Below, one piece after another: positions 49,988 through 58,678 of a DNA stretch of 64,000 bases; within the stretch, counting starts at the first letter, position 1; every line of letters begins with the position of its first letter. The notes under the pieces were generated by a model, which worked only from the letters and a program-made list of their open reading frames with translations, ran no database searches and had not been told where the DNA came from. Source of the DNA: an uncultured Bacteroidales bacterium. GTDB taxonomy: Bacteria > Bacteroidota > Bacteroidia > Bacteroidales > GCA-2748055. The position numbers and the translations under genes were made by a program. The stretch spans positions 764,245-828,244 of the forward strand of contig CAVZZV010000005.1 in NCBI GenBank assembly GCA_963779845.1, given 5' to 3'.

Positions 49988-51099
49988 AAACCTTTTATGC
50001 TAATCCCGAACGTGAGGAAAGAATAAAACTGGAACAACAGTATAAAAAAATTAATTCGATTTCGTATTTGAAGGAGATGATCAATGCCCTTCCCAATGTC
50101 ATCACCATTTTGAATGACAAACGGCAGGTGATCTTCTCCAACGATATGCTATTGAAACAATTAAATATTACCGATCTGGGCTCTTTCCTGGGGAAAAGGC
50201 CCGGAGACATACTCAATTGCGTCAATTCGGACTGTGAAAGTGGTTGTGGAACAAGTGAAAAATGCAGGGTTTGCGGAGCCGTTAATTCAGTCTTACTGAG
50301 CCTGATGGAAAACAGGAAGGTCATTGATGAGTGCCGGATCAATGCTAAGGTGAATGGTCATACGGAAGCACTGGACTTTGAGGTAACGGCAGCTCCCTTT
50401 AACTATCAAAACGAAAAATTCATCATTTTTTCAGTCAAGGATATAAGTGATGAAAAACGTAGAAAGATGCTGGAACGGATATTTTTCCATGATATTCTTA
50501 ATACTGCCGGGAATGTCAGGGGTCTTACAGAACTGGTCCAATCTCTGGAAGACCAGGAAGAAAAAGAAAAACTCCTTACGCTCATGTCCAAAGTGAGCAA
50601 CGAGCTGGTGGAAGAAATCGAGGCACAGAGACAACTGGTCGCAGCAGAAGATGGCGAATTGATCGTGAGAAAGGAAAAAGTCGATGCCATGGAAATCCTT
50701 CAGCAGGTTGCTTCACAATTTACCAATGGCAGCAATCCCGGCCTGGAGATAACTATTGACAAGCTTAGGGAACCCATCGAGCTGTTTACGGATAAATCCC
50801 TGCTGTCCAGGATTATCAGGAACATGCTGAAAAATGCACTGGAGGCCACGCCCCGTGGGGAGGCTGTAAAAGCAGGAGTACAAAAGCAAAATGCTTCTTT
50901 TCGGTTTTATGTAAGGAATGCAGCTTTCATCCCAGTTGATGTGCAACTTCAAATATTCAACAGGAGCTTTTCGACGAAAGGCCTCGACCGGGGATTGGGG
51001 ACCTACTCCATGAAATTGCTTGGGGAACGTTACCTGAAAGGAAAAGTATACTTTGAAAGTTCCAAAGAGAAAGGCACCATTTTTTATTTTGAAGTTTGA
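49984..51099 (+). CDS. soluble sensor histidine kinase with a PAS-like domain carrying a 5-Cys motif
   Basis: 371 aa with no TM segment. C79-x4-C-x3-C-x5-C-x2-C (CVNSDCESGCGTSEKCRVCGAV). H-box IFFHDILNTAGNV. HATPase N and G boxes (RNMLKNALEAT, DRGLGTYSMKLL). Confidence 0.8.
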   Translation: MKTFYANPEREERIKLEQQYKKINSISYLKEMINALPNVITILNDKRQVIFSNDMLLKQLNITDLGSFLGKRPGDILNCVNSDCESGCGTSEKCRVCGAVNSVLLSLMENRKVIDECRINAKVNGHTEALDFEVTAAPFNYQNEKFIIFSVKDISDEKRRKMLERIFFHDILNTAGNVRGLTELVQSLEDQEEKEKLLTLMSKVSNELVEEIEAQRQLVAAEDGELIVRKEKVDAMEILQQVASQFTNGSNPGLEITIDKLREPIELFTDKSLLSRIIRNMLKNALEATPRGEAVKAGVQKQNASFRFYVRNAAFIPVDVQLQIFNRSFSTKGLDRGLGTYSMKLLGERYLKGKVYFESSKEKGTIFYFEV

Positions 51100-51144
51100 A
51101 GGTAAGGGTCGTTACTAAACTATAAATTTTTAGGATAGATAAAA

Positions 51145-51193
51145 GCTGTAGGCTGGAAGCTGGAGACTGGAGGCTGGAGACTGGAGGCTGGAG
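51145..51193. repeat. 7 x 7-nt tandem repeat (RCTGGAG)
   Basis: GCTGTAG GCTGGAA GCTGGAG ACTGGAG GCTGGAG ACTGGAG GCTGGAG. It lies in the 107-nt gap between the convergent kinase and yebC-like genes. Confidence 0.9.
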
Positions 51194-51206
51194 AGATTTC
51201 ATATAA

Positions 51207-51950
51207 CTATTCATCCATGGCTTCCATTGCTTCATCCGTGACCTCCAGGTTATGAAAAACATTTTGGACATCATCATCGTCCTCAAATTCTTCAATAACC
51301 TTTAGGATTTTTACCGCATCCTCTACTGGCAATTCCTTAAATTCGTTTGGAATACGCTGTAGATCAGATGATTCCGCCTGAACTCCCAGTTCTTCCAGTT
51401 TTTTCTGTACGCTTCCAAAATCCTCCAGGGCTGTGGTAATCACAAAAATATCCTCATCGACCTGAAAATCCTCCACACCGGCATCGATAATTTCCAGTTG
51501 AAACTCTTCCGGGTCCAGATCGCCTGCAGGAACATTGAAAACCCCCTTACGTTCAAAAAGAAATCCCAGCGAGCCATTGGTCCCGAGATTCCCACCCCGT
51601 TTGTTAAATATTGCTCTGATGTTACTCACCGTGCGATTGTTGTTGTCGGTAAGGCATTCAATAAATACGGCAATCCCATTAGGAAGGTAACCCTCAAAAC
51701 TCTGTTCCTGAAGGACTTCATCGCTTTTTTCAGCCTTGGAAATGGCACGTGCGATGTTATCTTTAGGCATATTCACCCCTTTGGCATTGAGCAGGGCTAC
51801 CCGTAATCTGGGATTGGATTCCGGCTCAGTCCCTCCTTCCTTTACCGCAACAGTGATTTCCTTTACGATTTTAGAGAACATCTTGGAACGCCTGGCATCG
51901 ATAGCGCCCTTCTTTCGCTTAATTGTTGACCATTTGCTGTGACCTGACAT
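51207..51950 (-). CDS. YebC/PmpR-family DNA-binding regulator
   Basis: 247 aa. MSGHSKWSTIKRKKGAIDARRSKMFSKIVKEI... Confidence 0.93.
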   Translation of the reverse strand: MSGHSKWSTIKRKKGAIDARRSKMFSKIVKEITVAVKEGGTEPESNPRLRVALLNAKGVNMPKDNIARAISKAEKSDEVLQEQSFEGYLPNGIAVFIECLTDNNNRTVSNIRAIFNKRGGNLGTNGSLGFLFERKGVFNVPAGDLDPEEFQLEIIDAGVEDFQVDEDIFVITTALEDFGSVQKKLEELGVQAESSDLQRIPNEFKELPVEDAVKILKVIEEFEDDDDVQNVFHNLEVTDEAMEAMDE

Positions 51951-52055
51951 ATATTGATTTTATTATTTTGAATTAAATCCGGCATAAAATTATAAAAATA
52001 AAATATACCCTGATGCAGCTTTCTTGCTAAATTAGATTTTTACCTGCATAAGTAT

Positions 52056-52063
52056 TAAATTTG
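52056..52063 (+). promoter_or_regulatory. candidate -7 promoter element (TAAATTTG) upstream of miaB
   Basis: Exact TAnnTTTG match 28 nt upstream of the miaB ATG. No clear -33 TTTG. Confidence 0.3.
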
Positions 52064-52090
52064 TATACTATTTAATCGGGATTAACAGAG

Positions 52091-53425
52091 ATGGGTAAGC
52101 AGAAAGTTTACATCGAGACCTATGGGTGCCAGATGAATGTTGCAGATAGTGAAGTGGTTGCTGCAATCCTTCAAAATAAACAATATGAAGTGACAGAATT
52201 GCCCTCGGAAGCAGATCTGATCCTTGTGAACACCTGTTCAATAAGGGAAAATGCTGAACAGCGCGTGAGGGGACGATTGGAAAACCTGAGACAATACAAG
52301 AAAAAAAAGAATGGCCCGATAATAGGTGTTATTGGCTGTATGGCCGAACGCCTAAAAGATAAGTTGCTTGATGAAGATAAAATTGTCGATCTTGTTGTGG
52401 GCCCGGACGCTTACCGAAAATTGCCTGAATTGATCGATTTTGCCCTCGGCGGGCAAAAAGCGGTGGACACCCTTCTTTCTGAAGAAGAAACCTACTCCGA
52501 AATCCAGCCGGTAAGATTAGGGAATAATCACGTCTCAGCCTTCATTTCCATTATGAGGGGCTGCAATAACCTTTGTTCCTACTGTGTGGTGCCTTATACC
52601 AGGGGCCGGGAAAGGAGCAGGGATGCCCAGACTATTTTGGATGAAATCAGTGAAGTATACAATAAAGGATTTCGTGAGATTACCCTGCTGGGGCAAAATG
52701 TGAATTCCTATAAATTTTTTGATAAGGATAAAGGAATGGAAATAAATTTCCCAATGCTTCTATCCAGGGTTGCCAAAAAATTCCCTCTTCTCAGGATACG
52801 CTTTTCAACCTCCCACCCTAAAGACCTGAGCAATGAACTTCTTCATACCATTGCTGACTTTCCAAATATTTGCAGGAGTATTCATCTACCGGTGCAATCG
52901 GGAAGTAGTGAGGTACTAAAAAAGATGAAAAGAAGATATACTCGGGAAGAATATCTCGATCGGATCACAGCTATCCGGGAAATTCTTCCCGAAGCAAGCC
53001 TTTCCACCGATATCATCACCGGGTTTTGTGGCGAAACGGAAGAAGATCATCAGCAAACATTATCTCTTATGGAATTGGCCGGGTACGATTTTGCCTATAT
53101 GTTCAAATATTCAGAAAGGCCGGGAACCTTCGCCTCTAAAAATTTTCCCGACAATGTCCCGGAAGAGGTGAAGACTAAAAGGCTTAATGAAATAATTGAT
53201 CTCCAGGGAAAACTTTCTCTCGAAAGTAAAAAGAGGGACAAGGGAAAGGTTTTTGAAATACTTGTAGAAGGATCGTCAAAAAAGTCGGATAAGGATTTGT
53301 TTGGCAGAACGTCACAGAATAAAGTGGTGGTATTCCCCGCAAATGGACAAAAAGCCGGGGATTATGTAAATGTCAGGATAGTAGAATGCACACAGGCAAC
53401 CCTCCTCGGAGAAATAAATCCCTAA
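52091..53425 (+). CDS. miaB: tRNA (N6-isopentenyl adenosine(37)-C2)-methylthiotransferase
   Basis: 444 aa. UPF0004 N-terminus (YIETYGCQMNVADSE), radical-SAM CNNLCSYCVVP, C-terminal TRAM domain. Confidence 0.93.
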   Translation: MGKQKVYIETYGCQMNVADSEVVAAILQNKQYEVTELPSEADLILVNTCSIRENAEQRVRGRLENLRQYKKKKNGPIIGVIGCMAERLKDKLLDEDKIVDLVVGPDAYRKLPELIDFALGGQKAVDTLLSEEETYSEIQPVRLGNNHVSAFISIMRGCNNLCSYCVVPYTRGRERSRDAQTILDEISEVYNKGFREITLLGQNVNSYKFFDKDKGMEINFPMLLSRVAKKFPLLRIRFSTSHPKDLSNELLHTIADFPNICRSIHLPVQSGSSEVLKKMKRRYTREEYLDRITAIREILPEASLSTDIITGFCGETEEDHQQTLSLMELAGYDFAYMFKYSERPGTFASKNFPDNVPEEVKTKRLNEIIDLQGKLSLESKKRDKGKVFEILVEGSSKKSDKDLFGRTSQNKVVVFPANGQKAGDYVNVRIVECTQATLLGEINP

Positions 53426-53429
53426 ACAA

Positions 53430-55832
53430 ATGAAATCATATGGATTAGGTATATCACTTTTTATAACCACGTTCTTGTTACTTTCTCTAAGTACATTTAA
53501 CCCTCCGCGAGAAAGCAATGTTTTACGCAGGATCCTCTCCAACCTTCAGGAATACCTCATCCTTCACCCACAGCAAAAGGTTTATCTTCATTTGGATAAG
53601 GCTGTATACAACGCAGACGAAATTGTCTGGTTTAAGGCCTATATACTCAACGCCACTACCCATCGACCGGATTCCACAAGCAGCAATCTTTACCTCGATT
53701 TAATAAATCCCGGAGGCTATGTGGTGCAGAAAAAAATCCTGAAAATCCACGATGGGTTTGCTCATGGCGATTTTAGCTTCCGCGATACGGTTCCTGAAGG
53801 AACATACAGTATTGTGGCTTATACCAACTGGATGAAAAACGCTGGCCAGGATTTTTTCTTCAGGAAAAATATCTATGTTAAAAATCCGGATTTTAAAAAT
53901 TACGCATCAAAGGATGATGTCAGGCTAAACAAAAAATCCAGAAAAGATATTCTAAGAAAGGCTGAACAACTGGAGGTTGATTTTATGCCCGAAGGGGGAA
54001 GTCTTTTGGCTGGCATAGAAAACAGAATTGCATTCAAAGCCATAAATGAGTTGGGCAGGGGTACCGATATTGAAGGCGGGCTCTGGAACGATAAGAATCA
54101 ATTGATTCTTAATTTCAAATCCGAATTTCTGGGAATGGGCAGCTTTTATTTTACCCCCGAAAAAAACACAAAATATTATGTCCAGATTAAATGGGCAGAA
54201 AACAAAAGTAAAAAAATTAACCTCCCGCAGGTCGTCGAAAAGGGAATTGGGCTCAGGGCTGATTACCCGAATGACCACTCCCTGGAAATAAATATCATTC
54301 ATAACTTCAGTCCGGACAATTTCCCTATCAATACGAGCTATTATCTAATCATCCATAATCGCGGACAGGCAAAATTTGCTGCTGAAACAGATTTAAAAAA
54401 AGGGCCAGGGACATTCATCATTCCATCAGATTCGTTTTCAAATGGCATAGTACATATCAGCCTTTTCGATTCTCAAATGTCCCCGGTTAGCGAAAGGTTA
54501 GTGTTTATTTATCATGATGATCCGCAGAACTCCTCCATGACATTGTCGAAACCGAAAGCTGGTGAGCGCGAAAAAGTGGATGTATCCATTGAGCTTTTAG
54601 ATAAAAATAATTTTCCAGTAAGAGGTAATCTCAGCCTTTCTGTTGCAAAAACGGACCAGATGAGTAATGAACGGGACATCCGAAGTGACCTCTTATTAAA
54701 CTCAGATCTCAAAGGAGGTATTGAAAACCCTTCCTGGTATTTTGCCAATTTCGATCGGGGGAAATTGGAAAAGCTTGATCTGGTAATGCTTACAAACGGA
54801 TGGAGACGGTTTGAATGGAACGATGTGATGCATCCACCTTATGAGAATCCACTCTGGCCGGTTGAAAAAGGCCTGGAGGTTAGTGGACAGATTACCCGTC
54901 AGTTTTTCGGGATCCCCTTAAAGGATATTCCTGTCAAAATGACGATAGTGAGTTCCTTTAATGACACCTATTCAACAAGAAGTGGCCCAAAAGGCTATTT
55001 CACATTCAAAAACCTGGACTATTCCGATACCATCGAAGTCAGGATTGAAGCCCAAAAAGAAAACGGGAGCAAGAATCTTTTAATATGGATTGAAGAGCAG
55101 GAATGGACCAATTCAAGCGACTATCAGTATTATAGCAAACAGGTACTTACGAAAGCAGGGGCCCTTGGCCGGTTCAAGCCTGTTGAGGAACCTGCGGAGG
55201 ATGACCCCTTTTATGAAGAGAACAACAGGATTTATCGCATCCATTCGGAACCACGGGATGTTATTATTGTAGATGAATCAATGCGTCATTATCAGAATAT
55301 TGCCCAGATTATCCAGGGAAGGATACCAGGGGTTTCAGTAACGGGCGACAGGATCATCATAAGGGGAATCAATACATTTTACGGAAGCACCGATCCATTA
55401 TTCCTCCTCGATGGCATTCCGATCGATGCTTCCTCCGCCATGATGGTAAACCCCAATGATATTGAAAGGATAGAAATACTCAAGGGCCCGGATGCCGCCA
55501 TTTATGGGGTTCGTGGAGCGAATGGTGTGATTGCCATTTATACCCGTCGGGGCAAATTCATGCTAAAAGGGGTTCTCGACTTTAAAATGCTGGGATACGC
55601 TACCCCGAAAGAATTTTATTCCCCGCGCTATGATTTAAGAGCGGATATGAGCATCCCCGATGAGAGGACTACTCTTTTCTGGGAACCAAACCTCATGACA
55701 AATTCAAACGGAGAGGCGAAAGAGGGTTTTTTCACCTCCGATGTTCATGGGAATTTTAGTGTGATTCTTGAAGGTATTAGCAATAAAGGGGATATTATAC
55801 ATATTGAACGCGGAATATCTATTGGCGATTAA
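53430..55832 (+). CDS. secreted MG2-like/Plug-domain protein without a TonB-dependent beta-barrel
   Basis: 800 aa. Signal or anchor sequence. N-terminal macroglobulin-like segment (QKVYLHLDKAVYNADEIVWFKAYI...GTYSIVAYT). Plug domain near the C-terminus (IQGRIPGVSVT...DPLFLLDGIPID...IERIEILKGPDAAIYGVRGANGVIAIYTRRG). Only about 110 aa follow the Plug. Confidence 0.7.
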   Translation: MKSYGLGISLFITTFLLLSLSTFNPPRESNVLRRILSNLQEYLILHPQQKVYLHLDKAVYNADEIVWFKAYILNATTHRPDSTSSNLYLDLINPGGYVVQKKILKIHDGFAHGDFSFRDTVPEGTYSIVAYTNWMKNAGQDFFFRKNIYVKNPDFKNYASKDDVRLNKKSRKDILRKAEQLEVDFMPEGGSLLAGIENRIAFKAINELGRGTDIEGGLWNDKNQLILNFKSEFLGMGSFYFTPEKNTKYYVQIKWAENKSKKINLPQVVEKGIGLRADYPNDHSLEINIIHNFSPDNFPINTSYYLIIHNRGQAKFAAETDLKKGPGTFIIPSDSFSNGIVHISLFDSQMSPVSERLVFIYHDDPQNSSMTLSKPKAGEREKVDVSIELLDKNNFPVRGNLSLSVAKTDQMSNERDIRSDLLLNSDLKGGIENPSWYFANFDRGKLEKLDLVMLTNGWRRFEWNDVMHPPYENPLWPVEKGLEVSGQITRQFFGIPLKDIPVKMTIVSSFNDTYSTRSGPKGYFTFKNLDYSDTIEVRIEAQKENGSKNLLIWIEEQEWTNSSDYQYYSKQVLTKAGALGRFKPVEEPAEDDPFYEENNRIYRIHSEPRDVIIVDESMRHYQNIAQIIQGRIPGVSVTGDRIIIRGINTFYGSTDPLFLLDGIPIDASSAMMVNPNDIERIEILKGPDAAIYGVRGANGVIAIYTRRGKFMLKGVLDFKMLGYATPKEFYSPRYDLRADMSIPDERTTLFWEPNLMTNSNGEAKEGFFTSDVHGNFSVILEGISNKGDIIHIERGISIGD

Positions 55833-55882
55833 ACAGGTTAGTCTACACCAATCCCTATGATTTAGTGGAACTATTATGTTTT

Positions 55883-55944
55883 AGAGGCAATGTATTATGG
55901 TTCTGCATTCATTTTGATCGTTCAAGACACCATGTATTGCCTCT
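55883..55944. repeat. long imperfect inverted repeat in the intergenic region
   Basis: AGAGGCAATGTATTATGG (55883-55900) pairs with CCATGTATTGCCTCT (55930-55944). There are 9 perfect base pairs, and GU or bulged continuations extend the stem. The loop is about 29 nt. No T-tract follows. Confidence 0.5.
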
Positions 55945-56003
55945 CTACGCATAATTATTATCTTTATCACCAAATTCAATTTATTTATCACAAAAAATTC
56001 AGA

Positions 56004-58157
56004 ATGAAAAAGATACTTGTATTAATGGCCGGGCTTCTTCTGGCGCTAAACATCTCATTGAGAGCCGATGAAGGCATGTGGCTCCTCACCTTATTAAAGC
56101 ACATCGACAAAATGCACGAGATGGGTCTCGAGTTAACAGCCGATCAAATTTACAGTATTAACCAATCGAGCCTTAAAGATGCTATTGGAGCTCTTGATCA
56201 CGGCTCCTGTACAGCCGAGCTTGTTTCAGCCCAGGGTCTGCTTCTTACCAATCATCACTGTGGTTATGGTGAAATCCAGAATCACAGCAGCCTGGAACAT
56301 GATTATCTGAAAAATGGTTTTTGGGCCATGAGCATGGACGAAGAACTTCCCAATCCGAATAAATCCATCTCATTTGTCGTAAGGATGGAAGATGTAACAG
56401 ATCAGATCATGCCATTATTGGGGCCGGAACTCACCGGTAGGGCAAGGGACATGAAAGTGGAAACTATTAGTGAAGAACTGGTAAAACAGGCCACCGATGG
56501 AACCCATTACGAAGCAACTGTCCGCTCATTTTATAATGGCAACAACTATTACCTGATAGTAACTGAAACCTATAAGGATGTCCGGCTCGTAGGCGCACCC
56601 CCGGAATCGATTGGGAAATTTGGCCACGACACCGACAACTGGATGTGGCCCCGCCATACCGGCGATTTTTCCATATTCAGGGTATATACCGGTCCCGACG
56701 GAAAACCCGCGGAATATTCACCCGACAATATCCCATTAAAACCAAAGCATTTCCTTCCAGTTTCGCTAAATGGGTATAATGAAAATGACTACGCGATGGT
56801 CATAGGCTTTCCGGGATCGACTGACCGGTATATGACCTCATACGAAGTGAAAGAACTTCTGGAAATCGAAAATCCCAATCGCGTGAAAATCCGCGGGATA
56901 TTGCAGGATATCATGATGGCCGACATGCTTAAAAGCGATAAAGTCCGGATTCAGTATTCTTCAAAATATTCCCGCTCGAGCAATTACTGGAAATACAGCA
57001 TAGGACAGTCCGAGGGATTGATCAACCTTAGGATTGTTCAAAGGAAGCAAGGCATTGAGGATGAATTCAGGAACTGGGTGACCCAAAATGATGAGCGGAA
57101 AACCAAATACGGGGAGACACTCGAATTGATCCGGAAAGGCGTGGAAGGACGAAAGGATATTAGTTTTGCCAGTCAGTATCTTTTCGAAACGATGTACCTC
57201 GGAATAGAGACCCTTCAGGCAAGTTTAAAATTCAGGGGTTTATATGAAGAATTGGTAAAAGACGAACCCGACAAGGAGAAAGTAGCTACGATGATTAAAA
57301 AAATCAGGTCTGGCCTTGATGATTTTTATAAAGACTATAATCTGGACACCGACAAAAAGATCACAAAAGCAATGCTTGAACTGATGCTAAAGGATGTTCC
57401 TGAAAAATACCAGCCTACGGTAATTGCTCAAATTCAGGACAAATACAAAGGGGACATTGAAAAATACCTGACTAAATATTATAAAAACTCGATCATCCCC
57501 TACAGAGAAAAAGTGGAGGCCTTTTTAGACGACCCTTCCGCCAAAGTCCTGAAAAAAGACCCTGCCATCAATATGATGCTTTCGTTCCTTATGAGCTATT
57601 TCAGTCTTGATGCTGAAGGACAGGAATCCCAGACGATGGTCGATCAAGGCAGGATGTTATGGATCGAAGCCTTAAAAGAGATGTATCCCGAAAGGGATTT
57701 TTATCCTGATGCCAATTCGACCCAACGCCTCACTTATGGAAAAGTCAGCGATTACAAAGCCAGGGATGCTGTTTATTATTCCTACTACACGACCCTGGAA
57801 GGAGTCATGGAAAAGGAGGATGCGAACAATCCGGAATTTGTGGTAAGTGAGCGGCTGAAAGAACTTTATGAAGCTAAAAATTACGGACCATATGGCATGG
57901 ACGGGATTATGCCTGTGAATTTCACTACGAACAATGATATTACCGGGGGAAATTCCGGAAGCCCGGTAATGAATGGAAAAGGGGAGCTTATCGGTATAGC
58001 ATTTGACGGCAACTGGGAGGCTATGAGTGGAGATATTGCCTATGAAACCCAATTGCAAAAATGTATTTGCGTGGATATACGCTATGTACTTTTTGTCATC
58101 GACATTTATGCAGGGGCTAAAAACCTTATTGATGAAATGACCATAGTCACCCAGTAA
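56004..58157 (+). CDS. S46-family dipeptidyl-peptidase (DPP7-like)
   Basis: ORF 55890..58157. The ATG at 56004 gives MKKILVLMAGLLLALNISLRADEGMWLL (signal plus the conserved S46 N-terminus). Catalytic His in TNHHCGYG. Catalytic Ser in GGNSGSPV. Confidence 0.9.
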   Translation: MKKILVLMAGLLLALNISLRADEGMWLLTLLKHIDKMHEMGLELTADQIYSINQSSLKDAIGALDHGSCTAELVSAQGLLLTNHHCGYGEIQNHSSLEHDYLKNGFWAMSMDEELPNPNKSISFVVRMEDVTDQIMPLLGPELTGRARDMKVETISEELVKQATDGTHYEATVRSFYNGNNYYLIVTETYKDVRLVGAPPESIGKFGHDTDNWMWPRHTGDFSIFRVYTGPDGKPAEYSPDNIPLKPKHFLPVSLNGYNENDYAMVIGFPGSTDRYMTSYEVKELLEIENPNRVKIRGILQDIMMADMLKSDKVRIQYSSKYSRSSNYWKYSIGQSEGLINLRIVQRKQGIEDEFRNWVTQNDERKTKYGETLELIRKGVEGRKDISFASQYLFETMYLGIETLQASLKFRGLYEELVKDEPDKEKVATMIKKIRSGLDDFYKDYNLDTDKKITKAMLELMLKDVPEKYQPTVIAQIQDKYKGDIEKYLTKYYKNSIIPYREKVEAFLDDPSAKVLKKDPAINMMLSFLMSYFSLDAEGQESQTMVDQGRMLWIEALKEMYPERDFYPDANSTQRLTYGKVSDYKARDAVYYSYYTTLEGVMEKEDANNPEFVVSERLKELYEAKNYGPYGMDGIMPVNFTTNNDITGGNSGSPVMNGKGELIGIAFDGNWEAMSGDIAYETQLQKCICVDIRYVLFVIDIYAGAKNLIDEMTIVTQ

Positions 58158-58164
58158 ATCAGAC

Positions 58165-58629
58165 GTGGCTGAAAAAACGATTATCATATATACAGACGGA
58201 GCTGCCAGTGGAAATCCCGGTCCGGGAGGGCTTGGGGTAGTGATGAAAATGGATCAACTTCGAAAAGAAATTTCTGAAGGTTACCGGCTTACTACCAACA
58301 ACCGAATGGAACTGTTGGCGATAATCAGGGCTCTGGAAGCCATTAAATGGAAAAAGGCCAGGGTCAAAATATTTACTGACTCAAAGTACGTTTCCGAAGC
58401 AATTAATCAAGGTTGGGTTTGGGGTTGGGAAAAGAAAAATTTCCAAAAGAAGAAAAATCCTGATTTATGGAAACGATTTCTTGAACTTTACCGTAAACAC
58501 AATATTGAAATCAATTGGATTAAAGGTCATGCGAACAATCCGGAGAATGAATGTTGCGACCGGTTGGCTGTGGCAGCGTACAAGAAACCCGGATTACCGG
58601 TTGATACGGGTTATGAGACGGGGCAGTGA
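58165..58629 (+). CDS. rnhA: ribonuclease HI
   Basis: 154 aa from GTG 58165. IIIYTDGAASGNPGPGG...TNNRMELLAIIRALE...IFTDSKYV...WIKGHANNPENECCDRLA. Confidence 0.9.
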   Translation: MAEKTIIIYTDGAASGNPGPGGLGVVMKMDQLRKEISEGYRLTTNNRMELLAIIRALEAIKWKKARVKIFTDSKYVSEAINQGWVWGWEKKNFQKKKNPDLWKRFLELYRKHNIEINWIKGHANNPENECCDRLAVAAYKKPGLPVDTGYETGQ

Positions 58630-58678
58630 TCTGTTTTCCTGAAGGGTTTCAGATTTTAGAATTCAAAAACTCTGGCAT

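Noticed and set aside
50957-51295. 112-aa minus-strand ORF spanning the heptamer repeat (…SLQPPVSSLQSPASSLQ…).
   Set aside because: The repetitive peptide is simply the translated tandem repeat. The ORF also runs antisense into the kinase 3' end and overlaps the yebC-like gene out of frame. It is not a gene.
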